DNA from: a virus
DNA length: 64,000 nt
IMG/VR virus record: IMGVR_UViG_3300025929_000001
Coordinates: 1-64,000 of that record
Strand: one strand, 5' to 3'
Each line of letters opens with the position of its first letter. Position 1 is the first letter of the stretch. This document shows positions 48,763 to 56,940 of the stretch, piece by piece. The position numbers were made by a program, and so were the translations under genes. The notes beneath the pieces were generated by a model that worked only from the letters and a program-made list of their open reading frames with translations, ran no database searches and was not told the DNA's origin.

Positions 48763-49569
48763 ATGCCGAACTTACGCATAGTCTCAAACAACCTTGCTGA
48801 CACAGGCACGCTGTCTGGTACCACGGGCGCGGGTACGCTCGTGCTGGCTAACTTGAGAAAGGACGCTAAGAGCTTAGTGTGGCGAGTATCAGCAACGACC
48901 GCGACCATAACGCTTATTCTGCCCACTTCGCAGCTGATCCGGTTTGTAGGACTTGCGTTCACTAATCTTACTGCAAACGCAACCATGTCTGTGTCTGGTG
49001 CGGGTAGCACTGTATCCGCACAAGCTTGTGTCCCTGCTGTCTATCCAAAGCCTTTTGATTGGGGTACTGCTGCAAACGGCGCAAATACATTCACGTATGG
49101 TGGCGGCAACTTTGCACGTCTGTACTTCGCTGGTGGCTCAACTACTTCCATCACAATAACTATCAACGATCCGTCGAACCCAGACGGTTATATCGAAGCA
49201 TCCCGACTTATCGTTGGCGACTATTGGGAACCAACATACAACGTCGACATCGGTGCTTCTGCTAATGTGGTCGACCAAAGCACCAACAATCGCAGCGATG
49301 CGGGCGACCTTATAACCGACCGCGGATCTCGCCACCGCACAATGACGGTTGCGCTCAGCACCCTTACCGCAGCAGATCGTTCTACGTTATACAAGATATT
49401 AAACGGTAACGGTATGAGCCGGGCGATGTTTGCTAGCGTCTATCCGCAGTCCGCAGATGGTGATTTGGAACGCGACCATCAAATGTATTGTAAGCTGAGT
49501 GAACTATCACAAATCTCTTACCAGTTTATTAATATGTTTAGCGGAAACCTTACATTCGAAGAAGTTTAA
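48763..49569 (+). CDS. distal tail (Dit-like) protein
   Basis: MPNLRIV.NN.AD, I.I.DP.NPDGYIEASRL.VG.YW.P.YN, D.S...R..AG. Confidence 0.7.
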   Translation: MPNLRIVSNNLADTGTLSGTTGAGTLVLANLRKDAKSLVWRVSATTATITLILPTSQLIRFVGLAFTNLTANATMSVSGAGSTVSAQACVPAVYPKPFDWGTAANGANTFTYGGGNFARLYFAGGSTTSITITINDPSNPDGYIEASRLIVGDYWEPTYNVDIGASANVVDQSTNNRSDAGDLITDRGSRHRTMTVALSTLTAADRSTLYKILNGNGMSRAMFASVYPQSADGDLERDHQMYCKLSELSQISYQFINMFSGNLTFEEV

Positions 49570-49582
49570 TTAAAACAAGTAC

Positions 49583-49611
49583 TTGCACTCTGCAAAAAGA
49601 CGCTTTAAACT
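49583..49611 (+). promoter_or_regulatory. promoter for the lysis cassette (TTGCAC-17-TAAACT)
   Basis: same TTGCA -35 family. Confidence 0.6.
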
Positions 49612-49715
49612 TCCGCTTAGTGACCATACATACATCTGTCATGTCATCAGTCTCTCGTAGCTTTATGACCTGACCTGCATCCTGCGGGTTGAAACTAACC
49701 CGTATAGGACGCAGC

Positions 49716-50045
49716 ATGACTCTCGACCAATCCTTCCTACTACCCGGACTTTTTGGCATTATCCTTTCATGCCTTTCTTGGTGGATCAATACCACCTGGG
49801 CCAAGGTCCAATCTCTCAGCTCAGAACTCGGTGCAGCAAAAGCTGACCTAGCTAACTTCAAGACTGAGGTTGCCCGGGACTGTGTGGCCAAAGCTGACCT
49901 CGAGAAGATCACAGACCGCATCTTCGACAAGCTCGATGAAGTTGGTAAAGAACTCAACCACATAAGTCGCAATCAAGCCCAAGTCAAAACACTTGCAGAC
50001 GCTCTGCGGGATGTACGGCGCGATCGCGACGGACATAACGGCTAG
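49716..50045 (+). CDS. putative holin/antiholin-like membrane protein
   Basis: one N-terminal TM helix, then coiled coil; first gene of the lysis cassette. Confidence 0.55.
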   Translation: MTLDQSFLLPGLFGIILSCLSWWINTTWAKVQSLSSELGAAKADLANFKTEVARDCVAKADLEKITDRIFDKLDEVGKELNHISRNQAQVKTLADALRDVRRDRDGHNG

Positions 50046-50053
50046 GAGCGATT

Positions 50054-50497
50054 ATGCCATACCGTCGAATTGTATCAGCTTGCGCCATAGCTGTAGGGGC
50101 TATCTCAACAGTCGCGGTTGTGACTGCGGGTTACAGCATCGCGGTTGACAAACCCTATTTGCAATATAAGAATCTGCCTTTCCCGACCAAGCAGCTAGCG
50201 GTGAAGGCTGGTCAGGTGATGCCGTTGCAAGTCGAAAGATGCAATACAGATTCTGTTCCGCACAATTACAGCACATCCCATGCGATGCAGAATCTCGTTA
50301 CGCGTGAAAGCTATATTCTGCCGGAAGCAATTGTTAACATCATGCCAGGCTGTACGTCTTCCGAAAGTCGTGTAAACAGACTACCAGATAACGTCACACC
50401 CGGTAAATATCGTCTGTTTGGCATCGCAGAGATACAGGGTCGGTTTACTACCCATTTTGTCGAATGGCACTCACAACCTTTTGAGGTAGTCCAGTGA
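50054..50497 (+). CDS. membrane-anchored periplasmic protein (lysis cassette)
   Basis: N-terminal TM, beta-rich domain with a Cys pair, PG.YRL. Confidence 0.65.
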   Translation: MPYRRIVSACAIAVGAISTVAVVTAGYSIAVDKPYLQYKNLPFPTKQLAVKAGQVMPLQVERCNTDSVPHNYSTSHAMQNLVTRESYILPEAIVNIMPGCTSSESRVNRLPDNVTPGKYRLFGIAEIQGRFTTHFVEWHSQPFEVVQ

Positions 50498-50976
50498 CTC
50501 CAAACATGTATGCTTTTCTTACGATGATTGCTTGCTCTGAAGGCACGCACGATCATCCGCTGACACACTGGCAAGGTTACGACGTAATTGTAACTGGTGT
50601 GGACAGGAAGCCGGAAATCTTTACTGACTTTACAACGCATCCATTTGCCAAGCGTAAAGCTAAGCTGATTAACGCGCACGACGGTTTGTATTCAACCGCG
50701 TCAGGCCGTTACCAGTTCTTGTACAAGTATTGGGAGCATTACCGCGACCTGCTGAAGCTCAACGACTTCGGCCCGGTGTCACAAGACCGTTGGGCAATAC
50801 AGCTAATCCGCGAATGCAATGCCATCTCACTAATTGAACGGGGTTTGTTCAAGCAAGCTGTGATTGCGTGCAATAGCCGTTGGGCGTCTTTGCCTGGTGC
50901 TGGATACAACCAGCACGAAAACTCGGTCGACAAGCTTGCAGTCATTTATGAAATTTGCGGAGGTAAGATAGCATGA
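50494..50976 (+). CDS. endolysin, lambda R-like lytic transglycosylase (GH104)
   Basis: AFL.MIA.SEGT, F.DF..HP, STASGRYQFL, DF.P.SQD..AI.LI, WASLPGAGY.Q.E. Confidence 0.93.
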   Translation: MTPNMYAFLTMIACSEGTHDHPLTHWQGYDVIVTGVDRKPEIFTDFTTHPFAKRKAKLINAHDGLYSTASGRYQFLYKYWEHYRDLLKLNDFGPVSQDRWAIQLIRECNAISLIERGLFKQAVIACNSRWASLPGAGYNQHENSVDKLAVIYEICGGKIA

Positions 50977-51233
50977 GCACAGTTTGCCTGAGATGCAAGA
51001 ACCTTAGCTTGGTTTGCTCCTGCTCCAAAGAGCCATTGGCAGACCCGCAGATACCAGTTCGCGCCAAAGCTGCGGACGAAATGAAACCGCGCAAGTATGT
51101 GACCCAGGACCGGCTCGAGCTACTCGAGGAATTGAGCCGCATTGTTGAAGAGATTATCGAAGTTGAGGAGCGCGGCGAGATACTACTCTGCAAGCAAGAA
51201 GACATCCTCGAACTTTTAAGGAACACGCCATGA
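50973..51233 (+). CDS. hypothetical protein
   Basis: coupled ORF with CxxC...CxC N-terminus. Confidence 0.5.
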   Translation: MSTVCLRCKNLSLVCSCSKEPLADPQIPVRAKAADEMKPRKYVTQDRLELLEELSRIVEEIIEVEERGEILLCKQEDILELLRNTP

Positions 51234-51703
51234 AGAAGCTATTTGTTTTTGTCGCCCTATCCTTGTTGTGTGGTCATCTGTTTGCGGGTGAGCTGCCCGA
51301 CGCTATTGTCACGCCTGGGTACACTAACCCGGACGTCACGCAAGAGAATATTGACGAAACGATTTGCGTTTCGGGTTACACCAAGACCATTCGGCCGACG
51401 ACCAGCTACACCAATGCACTCAAGCTCAAGCAGCTAACGGAACTGCCGTACATGTCCACCGAGCCCATGAGCGCATTCGAGGAAGACCATCTGATTAGCT
51501 TGCAGCTAGGCGGCAACCCGGTCGACGAGCGCAACCTATGGCCACAGCCTTACGGCGGCGAGTGGGGCGCTCGTAAGAAAGATGTGTTGGAAACCAAGCT
51601 CAAGCGATTGGTGTGTAACGGGGATGTCACGCTTGAAGAAGCCCAGCTTGCAGTCGCGCAAGACTGGATTGCAGCCTATAAAAAGTATGTGGGGAAGAAA
51701 TGA
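51230..51703 (+). CDS. secreted His-Me finger (HNH-like) nuclease-domain protein
   Basis: signal peptide; EEDHLISLQLGG....RNLWPQ...KKD.LE. Confidence 0.7.
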   Translation: MKKLFVFVALSLLCGHLFAGELPDAIVTPGYTNPDVTQENIDETICVSGYTKTIRPTTSYTNALKLKQLTELPYMSTEPMSAFEEDHLISLQLGGNPVDERNLWPQPYGGEWGARKKDVLETKLKRLVCNGDVTLEEAQLAVAQDWIAAYKKYVGKK

Positions 51704-52170
51704 ATAAGATAATTGCAATCATCGACCTGTTTCGGAAGGGGAGTCAAGTTGCTAACCCTGAAGTCTGGAAAGACAACACCAACCTCGGCCTTCTGCTTGG
51801 CGCACTCATTATGTCTGTGCTGTCCGCGCTTAAGATTTTCTTTGATATCGATCTTGGCATGGATCTCAATACTGCTAACAGCATCGGTGCAGGCTTCGGA
51901 TGCCTTATCGCCTTTGTCGTCAATAACATTAGCTCCAAGCGAGCCGGTGTTTTGCCGTCCAAGAATCCCGAACACCCTATTGCAGTGCCTGACACTCCCG
52001 TACCTCACGGAGCCAATGAACTTTATTTCGAGCATCCCGAGGAACACCCGAAAGCGATCCCTGAAATTCCAGAGGGATCGGCGGCAGCTCGCGGCGTACC
52101 AACTGCCGGGATGCCGCAAGTCGATGACGCCGCTCTTAAAGCAGCACTTAGAGCTCTCCGAGCTAAGTAA
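51700..52170 (+). CDS. two-TM membrane protein (holin-like)
   Basis: two hydrophobic helices followed by a Pro-rich tail. Confidence 0.6.
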   Translation: MNKIIAIIDLFRKGSQVANPEVWKDNTNLGLLLGALIMSVLSALKIFFDIDLGMDLNTANSIGAGFGCLIAFVVNNISSKRAGVLPSKNPEHPIAVPDTPVPHGANELYFEHPEEHPKAIPEIPEGSAAARGVPTAGMPQVDDAALKAALRALRAK

Positions 52171-52238
52171 TGAACTTAGCCTGGACGTTATAGACGGTAT
52201 CAGTTTTTCTGTGAAGTGCCTTTACTAGGAGTCATAAA

Positions 52239-52454
52239 ATGCAATACGTTCTCATTATCCAATCTCTGCTGTCCCTGATCAAAGCAATCGAAGCTTTCAT
52301 GCCCAATAGCTCGGGCAAGGAAAAACTCGACGCGGTGTTAGCTGCCTTGGAAGGCCTGTACGGTCAAGTCCCGAACGTGATCCCTGTGATCAACACGTTT
52401 GTGGCCACACTGCACGCCACCGGCATCTTCTCCAAGAAACCTTCAGGTGCCTGA
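52239..52454 (+). CDS. small amphipathic protein
   Basis: AGGAG SD; G.EKL..VL...V...H..G.F.K. Confidence 0.7.
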   Translation: MQYVLIIQSLLSLIKAIEAFMPNSSGKEKLDAVLAALEGLYGQVPNVIPVINTFVATLHATGIFSKKPSGA

Positions 52455-52873
52455 TGTTTGGTTATGACCTCGACGAGCTAGAAAAGCTATCCAACTGTCT
52501 GTTCTTTGCGGTTGCGCTTTTCTGCCGTCGACTCGTCAAGGGGGAGCGCGGTTATTTCACGATGCGCAAATCGGACTACGGTCGCTTCCCTCACTTCCTC
52601 TATGTGCGCGTAGACCCGCTTGGCAAAGAACGCTTTGTGTCTTTCGTGCCCAACGAACCTATTCCACGAGACTTCCCGCCACCCTTCTTTAAGGGTCATG
52701 TACAGTGGGGAGATCCTAAGCCGACTAAAGGGTGTCAAAGAAATGAGCTACATGACTGTTTGGCTGATTGTATGGAACATGTGGTGGATTCAAATGCACC
52801 CTGCAAGCACTACCAGCAAACACCCTGCCGCAAACGGCAAGCACCCGGCAAGCGCATAAAAATAACCCGCTAG
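52454..52873 (+). CDS. hypothetical protein
   Basis: TGATG-coupled; SNCL.FA..L...RKS..G.FPHFL...F.G.V.WGD. Confidence 0.6.
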   Translation: MFGYDLDELEKLSNCLFFAVALFCRRLVKGERGYFTMRKSDYGRFPHFLYVRVDPLGKERFVSFVPNEPIPRDFPPPFFKGHVQWGDPKPTKGCQRNELHDCLADCMEHVVDSNAPCKHYQQTPCRKRQAPGKRIKITR

Positions 52874-52897
52874 TACCTACCTAGCGGGTTTTATTTT
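52856..52897. terminator. bidirectional intrinsic terminator between the convergent arms
   Basis: ATAAAAAT-AACCCGCTAG-loop-CTAGCGGGTT-TTATTTT. Confidence 0.8.
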
Positions 52898-52918
52898 AAA
52901 CAGCTTAAAACGCTTGTA

Positions 52919-53524
52919 TTAGCTTTGCGTCATCATGTAAGACGTCCAAGGGTGCATTTCATCTGTGCGGTATTCGAAGTCCTCCAAGACCAGCAGCATT
53001 TCCCGGAACAGTACCAGCGCGCCTTCGAACTGGACTAATAGCCCGTTCTCTTGTTGAATCAAGTTATCCAGGATTGCGGTCATTGGGTTGTCGTCTGTTT
53101 TAGACGACATGCGGTTGCGCACATTGGTGATGCGCTCGATCTTAGCGGTGCTAGTAGACTCGCGCGCTTCGAACTGTTTAACCTGCTGTTCCGTCATCTG
53201 ACGCATGTGCGACAGAATGCTAGTGTGGTTAAAGTCAATACGCGGGTCGTTCATAAGCGCATTCAACATCGCTGCAAACTCCTGCATTACCCGGTCACGC
53301 AGTGGAGGTTGGTTCTTTCCAACTTGCCCGGTGCGGTCGTATTCTTCACGCCGCAGCACGTCACCTAAGATGTCGTAAGCTTCTTGCACGCGCTTGAATA
53401 TAGTACCATCGTCATTACCTTTATCCGGATGCCACATCTGCGCAAGGCTGCGGTAAGCCCTTTTAATTTCATCTGCGGTAGAGTCTTTCGCAACTCCGAG
53501 GACTTCATACAGGTTCTTGTTCAT
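52919..53524 (-). CDS. J-domain (DnaJ-like) co-chaperone
   Basis: LYEVLGV...EIKRAYR.LA..WHPDK...F..VQEAYDIL.D..RR..YDRTG. Confidence 0.9.
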   Translation of the reverse strand: MNKNLYEVLGVAKDSTADEIKRAYRSLAQMWHPDKGNDDGTIFKRVQEAYDILGDVLRREEYDRTGQVGKNQPPLRDRVMQEFAAMLNALMNDPRIDFNHTSILSHMRQMTEQQVKQFEARESTSTAKIERITNVRNRMSSKTDDNPMTAILDNLIQQENGLLVQFEGALVLFREMLLVLEDFEYRTDEMHPWTSYMMTQS

Positions 53525-55712
53525 CTTGTGACTCCTTAGGTGTATGGCCAATATTAGCCAAGATGTTATACGTTTCCGTGATGTACCATTGATAATCAAT
53601 ATCCGTCGGGAACTCATCGGGCAAGTCCATCAACGGTTGTGCCCCTTCACTACGAGGCACTTTATTTCCAGTCTTTGCTGCAATAATCTCACCTTCCGCA
53701 TTCGTGCCGTAATACCAACGAATGATAGTTCCAAGGTACTGACCCTTACCGGCGCTCTGACACGCAACCGCATAAGCATCGCGCAAGCTGCGAGCTTCCC
53801 ATTCTGCTTCACCGGGGAAGCGCCACAACAGTTCGTCTTGCGGGAAAGCGCCTTTAGCTTTAACCGCTTCGATCATTTGCGACTCGGTAGCGTTAGGGTT
53901 GAAACTGTCTTTCGCAAGCTTGACCGCGCCACCGTTTACCCGACGCATTGTGGTGAACTGCGTTATGTCGCGCACTTGCGGAATAAAGTCTTCCGGCTTG
54001 GTACCATGCTCGATGTAAGCCTTCAGCGCTTCAATGCAAACTTCGTTCACCGCATTTTTCTTAGGCGCTGTCTCTGCGTACAGACCCTTCGTTTTAAACA
54101 ATTTGCCCTTTTGCGGAGTCTCATAGACGGCGATATAATTGTTAATATCTTTGGAGTAAGTAGCGCGGTACCGTGTTTCTTCAGTACCAAGGCCAGTTTC
54201 CTGCTCCCATTGGGTGACGATCTGATGGAAAATATGCTCCAAACTCCGTTTGCACTTAACCACGATACCGTCGGTGTTGACCGATGTAACTTCGATGCCT
54301 GCAAGTTCAAACCTTTCTGCCAGCATTAAAATAGACAGCTGGCCTGTCAGTGTAACCTGGATCAGCAGGTTAGGTGCATACAGGATAGACCATTTACTTC
54401 CAAGCTTACCGAACGATCCGTTAACCACAATCTTAAGCACTTCGGCCATAATCTTGTCGTCATTCTTCTTAGCTGCAACACGCTCTTGCAGGATGTTGTA
54501 ATACACTTGCAAAAATGCCGAACCTAAGTTCTCCGGTACCAGGCCAGCGTTCACAATCAGGTACGGGTAGTAGGACGTAACGTCAGTATCGACAACCACA
54601 TACTCGTCGTCTGAAACGTGTGCAATGCTCTTTTCTTTACTGTGCAATCCACCGATACCCATTTGGTAAGTGCTCTTGTTCATGGTAATAGCCATGTTCG
54701 CGAGCTCGGGTGGAATAATAACTGCGCCGTCCATGTCGTCAACAAAGAACGTTGCATTGCGTACCGTGTCCAGCACCCAATTCATTAGCGGTGTGGAGTA
54801 CTTAATGTACGCTGGAACCTGATACTTAAAGTTGGTACCGTTCGGAAGCTCTAAACGTTTGAGATGCTTCCTGCCGCTAATGCGCCGGACTTCGCTTGCA
54901 ATGATCGCTTCCGCCATTTGCGCATCGGAGTGGCTGCGCAAGTCCAAACCGTACTTATCACCCTGCGATGCGCGAATGTCAATAAGCTTTTTGACGTTGC
55001 GGTATAGCAGTCCGGTATTGTCCAAGTCGTTAATACAATAACGACGCGTAATTGCAATCTGATTCTCAGTAAGGAACGAACCGGGTTTGAATGGTAAGTC
55101 CTGCATGCGCTTTGCGTGCAGACGTCCAGCAACCACTTTCAAGCCGGGCCCGAGCGCGGTAAGCTCAATAAGGTCGACTTGGTTGATCTGTAACGGCTTG
55201 GTCTTATATTTCTTGTAGACTTCTTGCGCTTGCAGTTGAAATTCAATGATCATCTGCGTAGCGTCCCACAAATCTTCTGTACCGTAACCAGCCAGAGCTA
55301 GTGTGGTAACTGGAAAGTCATACTTGCGGCCGTTAAAGTTAATGATGCAGAAGTGGTGCAGAATCCAATTCAGCTTTGCAATCTCTTCATCCCAAAGGCG
55401 GTCATGGAAATCGTTGTCGAATTCAAGGTAAACGACCTTACCCGTATCTACACCCTTAAAAGCAAACAAGCAGTAGTTCGGGTAGCACTCTATATCGAAT
55501 AACAACGGTTCAAAATTGTGCGCAGCTTGAACCAATTCCTCATCTGTATAAAGGTCAGGCTTAAAATTTATAGCCTCCTCCAAACCAGGCAAATAATCAG
55601 GCTCTAGCCAAAACGGTTCAGGTGGCAGCCGCTTGACCTTTTCCTTCTTTTCTTTTTTAATCTTGGACAGATCTTCCCAGAACAATCCAATGCTGTCGAC
55701 ACGCTTACCCAT
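53505..55712 (-). CDS. family B DNA polymerase
   Basis: exonuclease FDIECY, FNG..YD, YC.ND; polymerase DVTSYYP, KIVVNGSFGK, NTDG, KTKG. Confidence 0.92.
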   Translation of the reverse strand: MGKRVDSIGLFWEDLSKIKKEKKEKVKRLPPEPFWLEPDYLPGLEEAINFKPDLYTDEELVQAAHNFEPLLFDIECYPNYCLFAFKGVDTGKVVYLEFDNDFHDRLWDEEIAKLNWILHHFCIINFNGRKYDFPVTTLALAGYGTEDLWDATQMIIEFQLQAQEVYKKYKTKPLQINQVDLIELTALGPGLKVVAGRLHAKRMQDLPFKPGSFLTENQIAITRRYCINDLDNTGLLYRNVKKLIDIRASQGDKYGLDLRSHSDAQMAEAIIASEVRRISGRKHLKRLELPNGTNFKYQVPAYIKYSTPLMNWVLDTVRNATFFVDDMDGAVIIPPELANMAITMNKSTYQMGIGGLHSKEKSIAHVSDDEYVVVDTDVTSYYPYLIVNAGLVPENLGSAFLQVYYNILQERVAAKKNDDKIMAEVLKIVVNGSFGKLGSKWSILYAPNLLIQVTLTGQLSILMLAERFELAGIEVTSVNTDGIVVKCKRSLEHIFHQIVTQWEQETGLGTEETRYRATYSKDINNYIAVYETPQKGKLFKTKGLYAETAPKKNAVNEVCIEALKAYIEHGTKPEDFIPQVRDITQFTTMRRVNGGAVKLAKDSFNPNATESQMIEAVKAKGAFPQDELLWRFPGEAEWEARSLRDAYAVACQSAGKGQYLGTIIRWYYGTNAEGEIIAAKTGNKVPRSEGAQPLMDLPDEFPTDIDYQWYITETYNILANIGHTPKESQDEQEPV

Positions 55713-55728
55713 GGATTAGTTCCTGATA

Positions 55729-56025
55729 TTATTCTGCGGTTACTTCACGCGAGAATGGCGCAAGTACCAAATTAGTCGCTTTTACAAGCTCGGTCATTGT
55801 CTCGTAACTGTCTACGGTCATAGCGGCATAGAATGTGCCGTCAGCTCTGTAGTGATAACCATACGCAGTCCAACGATAACAATCAATTAATCGGTTGGTA
55901 CGGTATGCACCCGTAGCCGGATAGATGTGTTCGGGCAACCAAGTTAATTTTACTCCCGCAGCGTTAAGCGGAAAGCTCTTTTGCAGAAGCTTAGCGAGCC
56001 TTTGTCTGGTGCGCCCGATTGTCAT
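55729..56025 (-). CDS. hypothetical protein
   Basis: coupled ORF in the - gene run. Confidence 0.6.
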   Translation of the reverse strand: MTIGRTRQRLAKLLQKSFPLNAAGVKLTWLPEHIYPATGAYRTNRLIDCYRWTAYGYHYRADGTFYAAMTVDSYETMTELVKATNLVLAPFSREVTAE

Positions 56026-56405
56026 TTCTTCAACTCCGGTAGGTGCAAGTATTTGACCGGGTACACGTCAATGCCGCGTGCTCGCGCTTGGTCGCACATG
56101 TTTCTAGTCCCGCTACCGCCTGGGAATGCAATAATCAGGTCGGGTAAACCCCAATCAAGCATCCACATATTGCGAACAGGTCCAGCGTTGTTGCCGTAGT
56201 ACTGCCAGTTAGCTGGCATCTTGATGATGGGCACACCACGTTCCGCAGCCCAAGCTATGGCCATGCGGTCTGCACCTTTTGCATCACCGCTAATAACGCA
56301 GAACTGGTTGGAGAAGTAGGGCTCGCACTGAGACATTGTGTGGTTAAACAATTCCAGATGTGCGAAGTCCCTACCGCCGCAGACAAGTATTCGTTTTTTA
56401 TTCAT
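56022..56405 (-). CDS. SLOG-family protein (YspA/DUF2493-like)
   Basis: ILVCGGRDF, ISGDAKGAD, ANW..YG..AGP.RN..M, AFPGGSGT..M. Confidence 0.88.
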   Translation of the reverse strand: MNKKRILVCGGRDFAHLELFNHTMSQCEPYFSNQFCVISGDAKGADRMAIAWAAERGVPIIKMPANWQYYGNNAGPVRNMWMLDWGLPDLIIAFPGGSGTRNMCDQARARGIDVYPVKYLHLPELKK

Positions 56406-56584
56406 CAGTCTTGGTAGCACGTTTGAGGCGCACGCGCCAGATCGAAGGCGGCTCGCGTGTAGCCGACGATGTCGAACTCAATATGCTTATTTTCTGCATC
56501 CTTGTCAGCAGGTACAAACTTGACAAATTGCATTTTAAGCGTCGTGATTTCATCCAGGGTTAGGTCGCGTACCATCTTCATCAT
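56405..56584 (-). CDS. hypothetical protein
   Basis: GGGAG SD; coupled ORF. Confidence 0.5.
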   Translation of the reverse strand: MMKMVRDLTLDEITTLKMQFVKFVPADKDAENKHIEFDIVGYTRAAFDLARAPQTCYQD

Positions 56585-56753
56585 AAGACTCCCAATTGAG
56601 TGGACCAAAGCCGTTAGTCCCTACATAGCGGCCACGTTGCCCATTATAACTGAACTCTAGGGTTGATGCGCTAGCTAAATATAGGGTCTGATCGTGCATC
56701 GGACCCCCATTACAGGTGAAAGATCGTTTAGCTTGTGTCTTAGACCTTGCCAT
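56550..56753 (-). CDS. hypothetical protein
   Basis: GGP..G-type motif; GGAG SD. Confidence 0.55.
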   Translation of the reverse strand: MARSKTQAKRSFTCNGGPMHDQTLYLASASTLEFSYNGQRGRYVGTNGFGPLNWESYDEDGTRPNPG

Positions 56754-56940
56754 GGAATATAGTCTCCGCATTAGACCGCTTACCAGCATTGAAGCCTTTC
56801 TCGTAAGCACAAGTGTAGACTGCCGACATGAGCGCAATGATTAGCACAATGATGACTGCTAAAGGAAAGAATGGGAAGATTGGAGCGTCTATGTCGCCTG
56901 TGACGTCCTGGGCGTAAGGTCTGTCAATATACTTAGTCAT
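56740..56940 (-). CDS. small membrane protein
   Basis: one TM helix, YEKGF.AG; ATGA overlap with the clamp gene. Confidence 0.55.
   Translation of the reverse strand: MTKYIDRPYAQDVTGDIDAPIFPFFPLAVIIVLIIALMSAVYTCAYEKGFNAGKRSNAETIFHGKV

Noticed and set aside
49612-49715. Possible preQ1 or other riboswitch, or tRNA, in leaders
   Set aside because: No recognisable aptamer consensus or cloverleaf by eye here or in other gaps; an Infernal/tRNAscan run would be needed to exclude them formally.
53745-53920. Possible intein in the DNA polymerase
   Set aside because: Too short, and lacks the N-terminal Cys/Ser and C-terminal His-Asn splice motifs.
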